The notes: generated by a model from the sequence alone, not told the origin. Positions 29,900-40,400 are shown, counted from the stretch's first letter. The stretch: DNA of 64,000 nt from an uncultured Desulfosarcina sp. (GCA_963674945.2 CAXXWQ010000004.1:2048001-2112000), one strand, 5' to 3'. A program made the numbers and translations.

Positions 29900-32160
29900 G
29901 AAAAATAGGGTTGATGTTGTGCATTGTGTTTCTGGTTTCCGCCACGGCCGGCATGGCCATGGCCGAATATGGGGACCCGGTTTTTGATAACCCCATCTAT
30001 GCCACCCAGGCCGGGGCGAGTGATTATTACGTCACCGACCAGACCATAAAACTCTGGGGGGACGACGGTTCCGGCAATCCGGTCGAAGTCGATATCCAGG
30101 ACAACGTTGCCGTCACCGTGATCCAGGGCGCCGACCAGAACTGGGGCGGTACGGCCAATATCATGCCGGGTCTGGTCTCCTACGACAACCTCCTCGGCAC
30201 CCCCGACTATGCGGCGGCCGGATGGGGCGGCGCCGCTTCCGGCGGCAGCCTCGTGCTTGCCTTTGACGAGGACATCATCGATGGCGACGGCATCGACTTC
30301 ATGGTGCACGGTTTCGGCTTTTGCTTCAACAAGGCCTTTTCCGCCGAGCGCGGCACGGTCAGGATCTACGCGGCAACCACGGCTTATGCCCCCACCGTCA
30401 GCGCGGCCGACGATGACGGCCCCGGCCCCTTGGGCGAGGTCACCATCACCGGGGACGAGAACCAGTGGGTCCTGCTATCCGAGTGGAAGGGCTGGGGCGA
30501 CTGGGACGGCGATCCCGACACGCCGGATACATGGGAAGGCAACCCCGACCACAATTATGGCTCGGCGCCGGGGGCCTATGGCGAATACCTTTGGGGGGAT
30601 TTGGCGGACGGCGGCCTTTCGTCTGCCCGCTACATCAAGTTCGAGTTGGGGGACGGCGGTCACTACATCGATCCGTACAGCGGCGAAAACAACAACGGAC
30701 GGGCTTTTTTTGTCGATGCCGTGGAAGGCCGGGGATATGAAGCCCCCGCCAATCGGGCACCGGTGCTGGAACCGATCGGAAACAAGGAAGTCGATGAGGA
30801 GGCTGAATTGCGCTTTGCCCTGCAAGCCGGCGACCCGGAGGGCGACAGTCTGCGCTTTTCCTTCACCAGCGATTTGTCTATGACCGGTGCCGCTCTCGAC
30901 GTAGTCTCCGGTGTCTTTTCCTGGACGCCGGCGGACGGGGATGCCGGCATCTATACGGTCACGTTTACCGTCAGCGACGACGGCACACCGTCGGCTTCGG
31001 ACGAAGAGACCATTGAAATTTCCGTCGGAAGCGTCAACCACCCGCCTGTTTTCGTTGCCAACGCTCCGGCATCGACCTATGCGGCCATGGAGGGACAAAC
31101 CATCGAATTCGAGGTATCGGCGACGGACCCGGACGGCGACGATGTGTCCATTATGGCCGCCGATCTTCCCGGCGGAGCGCGTTTTTCCGGCGGTTCCTTT
31201 TCCTGGACAACGGATTCCGGTGACAGCGGCAGCTACACGGTGACGTTCACAGCCGTAGACGACGGTTCGCCGGTGGCATCGGCGACCAAGAGCGTGACGC
31301 TGACAGTGGGGGACGTCAGCCACCATGCCGGTCCGGACCAGGTCGTTACCGAACAAACCGCAGTTACGTTAGGCGTTTTGGAAGCCTGCGAGGAACAGTC
31401 AGACGATACGTACCAATGGGAACAGACATCGGGGCCTGAAGCGACGCTCTCGGATGTCGCTGCTGCGAATCCCAACTTTATCGCGCCCGGCGTGGAGGCC
31501 GGCGAAATGGTTCTGACTTTTCGGGCCCTTCTCAATGGCGATTCGACGGACGATGTCACAATAAAGGTCCGGGATAACGCCATTCAATTGACCGAAGCGG
31601 AAGCACGGCGGCTGGAAAATGCACAATTGGTTTTCGACAACCCGATCGGCGCTGGCATCGGTAATTTGAAGCACTGCCATATGGGCATTTCCGGCGAGCA
31701 GGGCGAATTGACTTTTTACAATGTCCTCGATCCGGCCGACGTGACCGCCGGCGATGCCGCACCCGAAAATCTGATCTATGGGCTTTTCGAATTCAAGCTC
31801 GTTTTGTCTCCAGGCGCACGAACGGCGGTTTGGTCGGTTTTCCTCCCCGAACCCGCACCGGAAACGTTTCGTTGGTACAAGTACAATCCCACTACAGGCG
31901 AATGGATCGATTTCGACCGCGAACGGATGTCCGGCGGCACGGGGGACGGGGCCGTGTTCAACGAAGACCGCACCCGGGTGACCCTCTACGTCACCGACGG
32001 CGGCGCCCATGACGATGACGGAATGATCAACCTGCGGGTGAGCGACCCCTCCGGTCTGGGTACGCCCCCGGTCAACGATGGCGACACCGACGACGACAAT
32101 GGGGCCGTCATCGAGGACGGCGGGGGCGGCGGATGCTTTATCGGCAGTCTCGTAAAATGA
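29896..32160 (+). CDS. Surface protein: shared domain, putative Ig repeats, choice-of-anchor-U-like domain, GGCFI C-terminal motif
   Basis: Signal peptide; NRAPVL..IG, GVFSWTP, NHPPVF repeats; [20 protein letters not shown]; ends GGGGGCFI. Confidence 0.88.
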   Translation: MRKIGLMLCIVFLVSATAGMAMAEYGDPVFDNPIYATQAGASDYYVTDQTIKLWGDDGSGNPVEVDIQDNVAVTVIQGADQNWGGTANIMPGLVSYDNLLGTPDYAAAGWGGAASGGSLVLAFDEDIIDGDGIDFMVHGFGFCFNKAFSAERGTVRIYAATTAYAPTVSAADDDGPGPLGEVTITGDENQWVLLSEWKGWGDWDGDPDTPDTWEGNPDHNYGSAPGAYGEYLWGDLADGGLSSARYIKFELGDGGHYIDPYSGENNNGRAFFVDAVEGRGYEAPANRAPVLEPIGNKEVDEEAELRFALQAGDPEGDSLRFSFTSDLSMTGAALDVVSGVFSWTPADGDAGIYTVTFTVSDDGTPSASDEETIEISVGSVNHPPVFVANAPASTYAAMEGQTIEFEVSATDPDGDDVSIMAADLPGGARFSGGSFSWTTDSGDSGSYTVTFTAVDDGSPVASATKSVTLTVGDVSHHAGPDQVVTEQTAVTLGVLEACEEQSDDTYQWEQTSGPEATLSDVAAANPNFIAPGVEAGEMVLTFRALLNGDSTDDVTIKVRDNAIQLTEAEARRLENAQLVFDNPIGAGIGNLKHCHMGISGEQGELTFYNVLDPADVTAGDAAPENLIYGLFEFKLVLSPGARTAVWSVFLPEPAPETFRWYKYNPTTGEWIDFDRERMSGGTGDGAVFNEDRTRVTLYVTDGGAHDDDGMINLRVSDPSGLGTPPVNDGDTDDDNGAVIEDGGGGGCFIGSLVK

Positions 32161-32317
32161 ATGGTCCGGCAGCATGCCGAATCGACGTGTCTCAACACAA
32201 ACCACTCCCGTCACCTACCGGCATCGACGATGTCGGAAAAAAGGCGGGAGCGGATCGAAACAGGCTGCGTGCGAAGGCGCCATTCGAATAGGCGAACACC
32301 TCATGAAGGACCATGTC

Positions 32318-33373
32318 ATGCCCACCCATTCACAATTGGCCGCACGGGTAAAGGCAATGTATCGGGAGTATGCAAACCTCGACACGTACACGCTTCAGTT
32401 CAACACCGTATCCAAAAAAAAGCTTTCGGCGCTGGCTCATCTGTACCACACGTACCCAAACGGCGCCGTTTCACTGCGTCCACCAACACCAGAAACACGC
32501 CTTTTGCGCGACGAAGCGCTGGATGAATACAAACGGCAGATGCAGCATTTTTTATCACGATCCAAAGTGGATCTATCCATACTCGATCTGAGTGTCCCCC
32601 AGATAGAAGCCGTAGCTAATTTTTTGGCCGGGATCAAACATCCGGCCGGCAACATCCGGACGAAACGAAAGTGTGTATGGGGTGCCAAGATCGATGCCGT
32701 TTTAAAAGAGTACGCCTGCAACGATTACTTCCCGGTCAAATCCTCGGGACTGCGCCTGGATCATAAAAAACAGATTCTGGAATTTCTCAAACATTTCCGA
32801 TGCCGTCACACCCTTCGACCGCCGCTGCCCAACCATCGGAAAATGTTCATGCAGGAGTATTTTCACTATCGCCGGCGGGCACAGTCCTTTTTCGATCAAA
32901 CGGAATTCCCCGTGGGTGTCGAGTACCTGACCCTGCCTTTGACGGAGGCGCTGCTGAATTTCATGGTCGGCCATAAATATCCCGAAAAAAGAAGATACCA
33001 GCGCGTCTTCAGGGCCAGTTCCATGAAGGCGGTGGACTATTTCGTTGCCATGTACAAATCCCATGAGAACAGACGGTATCCGATCTCCGTGGGGCAATAC
33101 CATGGAACGAAAAACCAGATCACGCCGCTGCTTTATTTTAAACCCGTCGAGAAGGTCTGCCGGTGGTTTCCGCCTCCGCGAACCAACAAAATCCAGAAAG
33201 AACGACATCGGTTATTTCTCAACTATCAAGTGATGTTCCATCGGCTGGGCATATCAGTGGATCCTTGGATCCTTCCCATCGCCTATATCGAAGCGATCCT
33301 CAATTATGCGGAGGCCAAGGCCGTTCCCACCCATGGGAATGTCGACCACGGACTCATGTTACGCGCGGGATGA
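32318..33373 (+). CDS. Basic hypothetical protein with three internal repeats
   Basis: AAGGA RBS before ATG 32318; motif (LR/FP)PP...L....EA..N(F/Y) occurs three times. Confidence 0.7.
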   Translation: MPTHSQLAARVKAMYREYANLDTYTLQFNTVSKKKLSALAHLYHTYPNGAVSLRPPTPETRLLRDEALDEYKRQMQHFLSRSKVDLSILDLSVPQIEAVANFLAGIKHPAGNIRTKRKCVWGAKIDAVLKEYACNDYFPVKSSGLRLDHKKQILEFLKHFRCRHTLRPPLPNHRKMFMQEYFHYRRRAQSFFDQTEFPVGVEYLTLPLTEALLNFMVGHKYPEKRRYQRVFRASSMKAVDYFVAMYKSHENRRYPISVGQYHGTKNQITPLLYFKPVEKVCRWFPPPRTNKIQKERHRLFLNYQVMFHRLGISVDPWILPIAYIEAILNYAEAKAVPTHGNVDHGLMLRAG

Positions 33374-33488
33374 AGCTTTTTTCCATTCGAGCGATTACAG
33401 ATGCCGTGGGGTCGCCTGTCACAAGGCCTCATCAACGATATTTCTTGGCCGAAAAAAAACGCTTGACATCCAACCGACGATGTGAAAT

Positions 33489-33521
33489 TTAGACGCACTT
33501 GTTTAAGATAGAGTTATCTAA
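33489..33521. promoter_or_regulatory. Tandem DtxR-like operators at the feoA promoter
   Basis: TTAGACGCACTTGT (33489) and ATAGAGTTATCTAA (33508), 19 bp apart, after TTGACA (33463). Confidence 0.65.
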
Positions 33522-33535
33522 TTAAACAAGTGCTG

Positions 33536-33624
33536 TCTTACGGCTTTCGGCCATCGTCGGCGCGAAAGAAGTGAAGGCGTAACGAAAGGCGCAATTTTGT
33601 GCGTCGCGTTACGCCTTTTTTATT
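33536..33624 (+). promoter_or_regulatory. Leader attenuator-like RNA element, copy 2 (feoAB leader)
   Basis: TCTTACG, hairpin CTTTCG..CGAAAG, AGTGAAGGCG (33570), terminator AAGGCGTAACG..CGTTACGCCTT-TTTT. Confidence 0.85.
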
Positions 33625-33645
33625 GGTCACCCAAAGGAGCCCGAA

Positions 33646-33864
33646 ATGACGCTGGATCAACTGAAACCGGGAAGCACCGGTCGCATTACGAAGCTGTCGG
33701 TACGTGACAAGCTGGGACAACGTTTGATGGACATGGGAATCTATCCGGGACTGAAGCTGAAAGTGGTCCGCAACGCGCCGATGGAAGATCCCATGGAGGT
33801 GGAACTGAACGGTTATTTTGTGAGCCTGCGTCACGACGAAGCGCGTTTCGTGGAGGTGGAATAA
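33646..33864 (+). CDS. feoA: Ferrous iron transport protein A
   Basis: MTLDQLKPG, RLMDMGIYPG, APMEDP, SLRHDEA. Confidence 0.95.
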   Translation: MTLDQLKPGSTGRITKLSVRDKLGQRLMDMGIYPGLKLKVVRNAPMEDPMEVELNGYFVSLRHDEARFVEVE

Positions 33865-33865
33865 G

Positions 33866-36334
33866 GTGAGCGCAAAACCGATTTTAATCGCTCTGGCGGG
33901 CCAACCCAACTGCGGAAAATCGACGGTCTTCAACGCCCTGACCGGTGCCAGCCAGCATGTGGCCAATTATCCCGGCGTCACCGTGGACAAGATGACCGGA
34001 CAGTATCGATACAATGGTTACCGCGTGGAAGTGGTGGACCTGCCCGGCACCTACAGCCTGACCTCCTTCTCACCGGAAGAACGGGTATCGCGGGATTTTA
34101 TCCTGTATGAAAAGCCGTCCGTGACGGTCAATGTCATGGATGCGACCAATTTCAAACGCTGTCTCTACCTTACCTTCCAACTGCTCGAGATGGAGACGCC
34201 GGTCATTTTGAACCTTAATATGATGGACGTGGTCGAAAAACGCGGCATGACCATCGATATGGATTCGTTATCCAAACAATTGGGAATTCCCGTGGTGCCC
34301 ACTACCATGAAGAGCGGCCGGGGGAAAAAAGAGCTTGTCGATACCATCGATGCCGTCGCCGCCGCGCCGCCGGCGAAACCAACCTTGCGCATCGATTACA
34401 AAGAGATGGAAGCGTATTTCCGTACAATTGCCGATCGGTTGACATCGGAGACCACGCTTTCCCAGCGGACTCCGCTTCGCTGGCTGGCCATCAAACTGAT
34501 GGAAGGGGATGCCGAAGCCCAACGGTTGATCCGCGATCAGCACCCGGAAGCCGAACCGTTCATCGCCCGGGTACTTGCAGCACGGGCTGACTTCGAAGAG
34601 CGTTTCGACCGGGCGCCCGAGGTGCATATCGCCGAGTGCCGCTACAAGGCCGCCGACGCCGTTGCCCGAAGATGCCTGAAGCTTCCTAAAAAAATCAGAC
34701 GGCCGCTTTCGGATCGCGTGGACGGCATCGTCTGCCACCGTTGGTTGGGACCGGTCATCATGGTGGGTGTGATCTGGCTGCTATATTACCTTGCCATTGT
34801 CCAGGGGTATCGCATCACCAACTACACCTGGCCGCTTCTGGCCAAGCTGCGCGGTCTCACCGAGGCGGCCATGCCGCCGCCCGGATTCATCGATATTCCC
34901 CTCATCCGTGAGTTCGCCTTGTGGGTTGTGGACAGCGTCAACGCCCTTTTAAACTACATTCCGATCTTCTTTATCCTCTTCGGATTGATCGCAATTTTAG
35001 AGGATAGCGGATACATGCCCCGCATGGCCTTCATCATGGACCGTCTTTTCAGCCGCTATGGCCTCCACGGCCAATCCACCCTGCCCATGGTGCTGGGCGG
35101 CATCTACGTGGGCGGGTGCGCGGTACCAGGCGTGATGGCCTGCAAGGGAATTCCGGACGAGAGGTCGCGCCTGGCCACCATTTTGATCATTCCATTGCTC
35201 AATTGCCTGGCCAAGGTGCCCCTGTACGTACTGCTGATCAACATCTACTTCGCCGCCCACAAGGCCTGGGCCATGTTTTTCATCTCCACGATCAGTCTGC
35301 TGATGGTGCTGCCGGTGTCCAAGATTCTCACTCTGACCGTCCTCAAGGACAAGGAAACGGCACCGTTTGTCATGGAAATGCCGCCCTATCACCTGCCCAC
35401 CTGGCGGGGCGTGCTGGGTCGGGCCACGGAAAGGGTGTGGCTGTTCATACGCAAAATTACCACCATCGTGGTTGCCGTGGCCGTCATCGTCTTCGTACTG
35501 CTGCAATTTCCGGGTATCGGTAAAGAACGTACGGATTACTACCAGGCGCAGAAAGAAAAGGCCGTCGCCGCTTTCCACACAAAAATAGAAGGTACGCCAT
35601 TTCATGAAGGCCTCCAGGGGGATCGCCTCATGGCGATGGTGCTTTACTGGGAGGCCTACAAGGATGCCAGGGTGGGCGCCGACGGCAAGGAGGGCATGGC
35701 AGCGGTGAATGCCGATTTCGAGGCCCGGGACGCGCTCTTTTTCAAAATCGTTCAGCCGGCAAAGGACAGTGTCGCCAAGAAGGTCGGCCGCGAATTCAAA
35801 AAGCTGATTAAAGAACGCAAAAGGCTGTTGCGGGAGATGCGCAAGGAACGCATCGACAACAGCTTTTTGGGTACGGCAGGACGGTGGCTGGAACCGTTGA
35901 CCCAATGGGCCGGCTTCAACTGGCGGGTCAACGTGGCATTGCTCAGCGCCCTGGCGGCCAAGGAGAGCAGCGTGGCCACCTTAGGGGCGCTTTACGAACA
36001 GGAAGAGAGCGGAGAAGACTTAGAGCAGCGCATGGCGAGAGGCGAGGCTTCGTTCACCCCCCTGCACGCTCTGGCGCTCATGCTCTTCATGGTGCTCTAT
36101 CCACCATGTATGGCGACGGCCATGGCAGTCAAGGTGCAGGCGGGCTCGGTCAAGTGGATGCTTTTTTCCATGGCTTACCCCATGCTGCTCGGACTCGTCG
36201 TCGCCAGCCTTGTCTTCTCTCTGGGAAGTGCCTTGGGACTTTCCGGCCTTCAGGCCATGTTCGCCTTTTTCCTGCTGGCCTTGGCATTCACTGTTTTCAT
36301 CGGGTTTATCAAAAATCAACCCGAATACATCTAA
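33866..36334 (+). CDS. feoB: Ferrous iron transport protein B
   Basis: GQPNCGKST, NYPGVTVD, DLPGTYSL, NMMD, LEDSGYMPR, GCAVP, FVMEMPPY, AKE, LYPPC. Confidence 0.96.
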   Translation: MSAKPILIALAGQPNCGKSTVFNALTGASQHVANYPGVTVDKMTGQYRYNGYRVEVVDLPGTYSLTSFSPEERVSRDFILYEKPSVTVNVMDATNFKRCLYLTFQLLEMETPVILNLNMMDVVEKRGMTIDMDSLSKQLGIPVVPTTMKSGRGKKELVDTIDAVAAAPPAKPTLRIDYKEMEAYFRTIADRLTSETTLSQRTPLRWLAIKLMEGDAEAQRLIRDQHPEAEPFIARVLAARADFEERFDRAPEVHIAECRYKAADAVARRCLKLPKKIRRPLSDRVDGIVCHRWLGPVIMVGVIWLLYYLAIVQGYRITNYTWPLLAKLRGLTEAAMPPPGFIDIPLIREFALWVVDSVNALLNYIPIFFILFGLIAILEDSGYMPRMAFIMDRLFSRYGLHGQSTLPMVLGGIYVGGCAVPGVMACKGIPDERSRLATILIIPLLNCLAKVPLYVLLINIYFAAHKAWAMFFISTISLLMVLPVSKILTLTVLKDKETAPFVMEMPPYHLPTWRGVLGRATERVWLFIRKITTIVVAVAVIVFVLLQFPGIGKERTDYYQAQKEKAVAAFHTKIEGTPFHEGLQGDRLMAMVLYWEAYKDARVGADGKEGMAAVNADFEARDALFFKIVQPAKDSVAKKVGREFKKLIKERKRLLREMRKERIDNSFLGTAGRWLEPLTQWAGFNWRVNVALLSALAAKESSVATLGALYEQEESGEDLEQRMARGEASFTPLHALALMLFMVLYPPCMATAMAVKVQAGSVKWMLFSMAYPMLLGLVVASLVFSLGSALGLSGLQAMFAFFLLALAFTVFIGFIKNQPEYI

Positions 36335-36356
36335 GTAACGTTAGGAGGAATATTTC

Positions 36357-36683
36357 ATGTTCAGACGCAATGTTTTTACGATTCCTGTAATGGTGCTGGC
36401 CGCGCTCTTTTTCGCCGGACAGGCCCTGGCCCACACCCCCTTGTGCTCCTGCTACGATAACGGGGACGGCACGGTCACCTGCGAAGGCGGATTTTCCGAC
36501 GGATCTTCGGCCGCCGGTGTTGAGATGCGCGTGGAGAAAAAAGGCGGTGGAATACTGCTTACAGGCAAGATGGACGAAGACAGCGAGTTCACCTTCGACA
36601 AACCGACCGAAACTTACAAAGTCGTATTCGACGCCGGCGAGGGCCATGAAATCGAAATCGACGGGAAAGACATCGTGGAGTAA
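36357..36683 (+). CDS. Small periplasmic protein, CbiL/NikL-like, with His at the predicted mature N-terminus
   Basis: Signal peptide ending ALA|HTPLCSC; CEGGFSDGS; FDAGEGH. Confidence 0.75.
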   Translation: MFRRNVFTIPVMVLAALFFAGQALAHTPLCSCYDNGDGTVTCEGGFSDGSSAAGVEMRVEKKGGGILLTGKMDEDSEFTFDKPTETYKVVFDAGEGHEIEIDGKDIVE

Positions 36684-36792
36684 ACCAATGCTGTCACTTG
36701 GATTACGGTATATTGAATGAGAAAAGAGAAAATGGTCGAATCGTGACGATTAGGTAGTACAACCACAATTTGCAATGGAAAGGATGATTTCA

Positions 36793-37593
36793 ATGAAAAA
36801 AGCAGTTGTCTTGTTGACAGGTTTGCTGGTATTGGTCCTGACGGTCCCGGCCACGGCACATTTCCAGATGGTTTACACCCCGGAATCGGCCCTGAAAAAG
36901 GCGGAAACCATCGATTTGAAGCTGGTCTTCACCCATCCGTTCGAAGCCGGCCATACAATGGACATGGGCCAGCCGGAACAGTTCTTCGTAGTCCGCAAGG
37001 AGAAGAAGAAGGACCTTCTGTCCACACTCAACCCCATCACCTGGACCAGCCTCACCAACAGCGGCGCGGCCTACGAAACCACCTATAAGCTCCGGGGCAT
37101 GGGTGACAATGTCTTCTGTCTGGTGCCCGCCCCCTACCATGAAGCGGAAGAAGGCTGCTATATCCAGCAGATCACCAAGGTGGTCGTCAACACCGGCGGT
37201 TTCCCCACTGACTGGGATGCCGAAATCGGCCTGCCGGCAGAAATCGTTCCATTGGACAAACCATACGGCCTGTGGACGGGCAACGTGTTCCGGGGTGTCG
37301 TCAAAAGCGCCGGAAAGCCGGTTCCGTTTGCCGAGATCGAGGTGGAATACCTGAATCACATGCCCCTGCCGGAAAAGAACGCCTTTGACCGGAAGGCGGA
37401 AGTGGAGGCACCCCAAGACGCTTTCGTCACAATGACGATCAAGGCCAATGTCAACGGCGAGTTCTCCTTCGGCATCCCCAGGGCCGGATGGTGGGGATTT
37501 TGCGCCCTGGGCGCGGGGCCCGATACTCAGTACAAGGGCAAAGAGCTGTCCCAGGATGCCGTGATCTGGGTCCAGGCCCGCGACATGAAGTAG
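36793..37593 (+). CDS. DUF4198 domain periplasmic protein
   Basis: ATA|HFQMVY, FTHPF, EIVPLDKPYGLWTGNVFRG, GKPVPFAEIEVEY, GWWGFCAL. Confidence 0.85.
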   Translation: MKKAVVLLTGLLVLVLTVPATAHFQMVYTPESALKKAETIDLKLVFTHPFEAGHTMDMGQPEQFFVVRKEKKKDLLSTLNPITWTSLTNSGAAYETTYKLRGMGDNVFCLVPAPYHEAEEGCYIQQITKVVVNTGGFPTDWDAEIGLPAEIVPLDKPYGLWTGNVFRGVVKSAGKPVPFAEIEVEYLNHMPLPEKNAFDRKAEVEAPQDAFVTMTIKANVNGEFSFGIPRAGWWGFCALGAGPDTQYKGKELSQDAVIWVQARDMK

Positions 37594-37925
37594 TTCGATT
37601 CAGCCCAAAGCCCTGTTCCCGGACGGACGAAAGCGCATTCATGCGCCATCATGTCGCATGCTTCTTCTGTGACCGGCAGTCACCGGGCGGATTTGCACCT
37701 TTTCCAAATCCCGAGCCTGCCCCGCCCGGTGAATCTTCTCAAATGGTTCTTCCCCCATGACCCTGGGTCCGTTCAGAGACAGTATAAGGGGGCAGTGGAT
37801 GTCAGGCGCCATATTCCTTTCATGACGCGCGCCTGGCATCTGCTGCCAAAAAATTATGGCAACAGGTACGGTTTCATGGGGTATGCGCATCGGCCGAATT
37901 CACGGCCCTACTGAGAGAAAATACG

Positions 37926-39767
37926 ATGTCTGCAAGAATGTTTGTCATACGAACGGTGGTGGCGCTGATCGCCGTTCTGGGATTCACCCTTCATCGCTGG
38001 ACGGACGCTGCGCCCCTGTTTTGGCTGGGTTCGTTTTTTTATCTTCTCTGCCTGGCGATGTACGCGCGATCCCTGCTCTCTGCCCTGATGCAGACCCGCA
38101 AGGTGACGGCAGATCTTCTGGTGGTGACCGTCATGGTGGTCGCCTTCGTCGCCAAAACGCCCTTGAGCGGTGCGCTGGTCGCCTGGTTCATCAGCATGGG
38201 GTTGGCGATCTCCTTTGCTATTATCGAAAAAACAAGGCGTAGGATCGAGGCCCTTACCAGCAAGGGGGAAAAGCCTGTTCGCATTTTAAGGGATGGGCGG
38301 TTTTCAGAACTGCCCATTGAAAAGATCCGACCGGGCGACGTGGCCGTTGTCCCCCAAGGCGAGATGATACCGGTGGATGGCGTAATTGTGGAAGGCGCTT
38401 CCGCCATCGACGAATCGGTCGTTACCGGCGAGCCATATACCGTTTTCAGGCAAAAGGGCGCCCGGGTGACGTCCGGGGCGATTAGTGTGACATCGGCACT
38501 CAAGGTCCGTGCCGTAAAAGCCGGCGACAAAGGATTTCTATATCGGATGTCTCAGGCGATCGCCGGTTCGTTGAAAACGAAACCCGATATCCATCGCCGC
38601 TCCGATCTCATTGTTCAGTTTTTTATCTGCGGCGTGGTTTTGTATGCCTTCGGCGTGTTTCTTTTCAGCGGTGGCCTGACCGGCGATGCGGCCACCGGGC
38701 TGATCCGGATGGCAGCCGTGACGGCCGTGGCCTGCCCCTGCGCCTGGGCCCTGTCGGTACCCACGGCCTTTGCCGCCGCCATTGGCGGATTGAGCGCGCA
38801 AGGGACCCTGGTAAAAGGCGGAATCCCGTTGGAAATCCTGGGACATGCCGTCAACTTCATTCTGGACAAGACCGGCACGGTTACCATGGGGCATCCAGAG
38901 GTGGTTGCCGTTAAATCCTTCGGTCTATCGGAAATGGAACTGCTTGGTCTGGCCGCATCGGTCGAATCCGGATTCAACCATCCCATCGCCAACGCCATCC
39001 TTGCTTACGCCTCGACCAAGGGGGTGTCTCCGGCAAAGGCCGTCCATACCGAATATCTTCCGGGGATCGGGGTCAAGTCCACGGTCTCGGGACGCAAGGT
39101 GTCCCTGGGAAGCAGCGAGACCATGGCCGCACTTGATATGGACATCCCTGCAGATTTGGATATCGACGGCCGGGCGGTCTGGATCGGCGCCGATGGCAAA
39201 ATTGTCGGTGCGGTTGTAATTCAGGACGCGATCATGACGCTGGCCGACGGATTGGCCAGCATGCTTCGCGGTCTGGGGGCCAAGCGGGTTGTTCTGGCCA
39301 CTGGGGACAACGAAGAGGCCGAAGCGCGGCGAGTCGCCCGCCAACTGGGCGCCGATGGATGTCATTGGGGGCTCAAGCCCGAGGATAAGCTGGCCCTGGT
39401 AAAAATCCTCGGCGATCAGGGTGTCACGGTCATGGTTGGAGACGGGGTCAATGACGCCACCGCGTTGGCCGAGGCGGATGTGGGAATTTCCATTGGTGGT
39501 GCCAAGGCCGATCTGGCCATCCAATCCTCGGATATTGTCATTATGCAAGAGGATGCATCGAGCCTGGCAGCCGTTGTTCGGACCGGCAAAAAACTGATTC
39601 GTGTCATCCGGCAGAATTACGCATGGGCCATCGGCTTCAATCTTGCGGGAATCGCGCTGGCCACGGCCGGGGTGTTGAGCCCGTGGCTGGCGGCGTTGTG
39701 TCACCATGCGAGTTCGGTACTCGTAGTGGCAAATTCGGCCCGACTGATCCGCGTGTCTGGGAAATAA
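37926..39767 (+). CDS. Heavy-metal-translocating P1B-type ATPase without an N-terminal metal-binding domain
   Basis: TGE, CPC, DKTGT, HP, TGD, GDGVND; TM motif HHASSVLVVANS. Confidence 0.92.
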   Translation: MSARMFVIRTVVALIAVLGFTLHRWTDAAPLFWLGSFFYLLCLAMYARSLLSALMQTRKVTADLLVVTVMVVAFVAKTPLSGALVAWFISMGLAISFAIIEKTRRRIEALTSKGEKPVRILRDGRFSELPIEKIRPGDVAVVPQGEMIPVDGVIVEGASAIDESVVTGEPYTVFRQKGARVTSGAISVTSALKVRAVKAGDKGFLYRMSQAIAGSLKTKPDIHRRSDLIVQFFICGVVLYAFGVFLFSGGLTGDAATGLIRMAAVTAVACPCAWALSVPTAFAAAIGGLSAQGTLVKGGIPLEILGHAVNFILDKTGTVTMGHPEVVAVKSFGLSEMELLGLAASVESGFNHPIANAILAYASTKGVSPAKAVHTEYLPGIGVKSTVSGRKVSLGSSETMAALDMDIPADLDIDGRAVWIGADGKIVGAVVIQDAIMTLADGLASMLRGLGAKRVVLATGDNEEAEARRVARQLGADGCHWGLKPEDKLALVKILGDQGVTVMVGDGVNDATALAEADVGISIGGAKADLAIQSSDIVIMQEDASSLAAVVRTGKKLIRVIRQNYAWAIGFNLAGIALATAGVLSPWLAALCHHASSVLVVANSARLIRVSGK

Positions 39768-39795
39768 GAATAGAATTTTAGAATTGCCATAAACG

Positions 39796-39882
39796 TCTTA
39801 CGACTATCGGGTTGCACCACTCGCGATAAGCAGTGAAGGCGCTTTGGAACCGAACGTTTCGGTTATCCAATGCGCCTTTTTT
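39796..39882 (+). promoter_or_regulatory. Leader attenuator-like RNA element, copy 3 (STAS-like/flavodoxin leader)
   Basis: TCTTACG, hairpin TATCG..CGATA, AGTGAAGGCG (39832), terminator ...GCGCCTTTTTT. Confidence 0.85.
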
Positions 39883-39989
39883 CATTCGCTGCATCAGCCC
39901 TTATCCAAACAACAGCAATCGCCAACGACAGCAACACAACCTTGCGAACCAACATACCGCAATAACAAGGAGAGAAAAGGAGAATTGTT

Positions 39990-40370
39990 TTGCATCCGGA
40001 ATTTACAATCGATTGCCGCAACAGTAGAGGGAATCTTCACGTCAGATTGCGCGGGGCGTTCAATGGAATGTGCGCATGGGAGCTGCTGAAAATACTAAGG
40101 CAGCATGATGGAACGGGCCGGGTGTTCGTGAACACGAATGGCATTGGGCCGGTGGCCGGAGAAGGAGTGGAACTGTTCCGCATGCACATGAAACGCCGCC
40201 GGATTCCCCGGGACTGGCTCTATTTCAAGGGGGCAATGGGATTCAAGATCGCCCCGGACGGTAGCCGGGTACTGATTTGCAAAAAAAGTTCGCAACCGGT
40301 GCAAATTCGAGATCGCTTCAGAAAGACGAAACCGGCCATAAAAATAGTGAAAAACACAAACACAGTATGA
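39990..40370 (+). CDS. STAS-like small protein (paralog of 20289)
   Basis: TTG start after AAGGAG; LHV...G.F.G..AWEL, FKG..G..IAP.GS.V shared with 20289. Confidence 0.72.
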   Translation: MHPEFTIDCRNSRGNLHVRLRGAFNGMCAWELLKILRQHDGTGRVFVNTNGIGPVAGEGVELFRMHMKRRRIPRDWLYFKGAMGFKIAPDGSRVLICKKSSQPVQIRDRFRKTKPAIKIVKNTNTV

Positions 40371-40400
40371 CACTGTCATTGAAAACGAAAGGAAAGCACA

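Noticed and set aside
37926..39767. Ferrosome FezB (P1B-6) assignment
   Set aside because: It has CPC rather than the DYSC-type motif I associate with P1B-6, and no fez-like partner genes were recognised.
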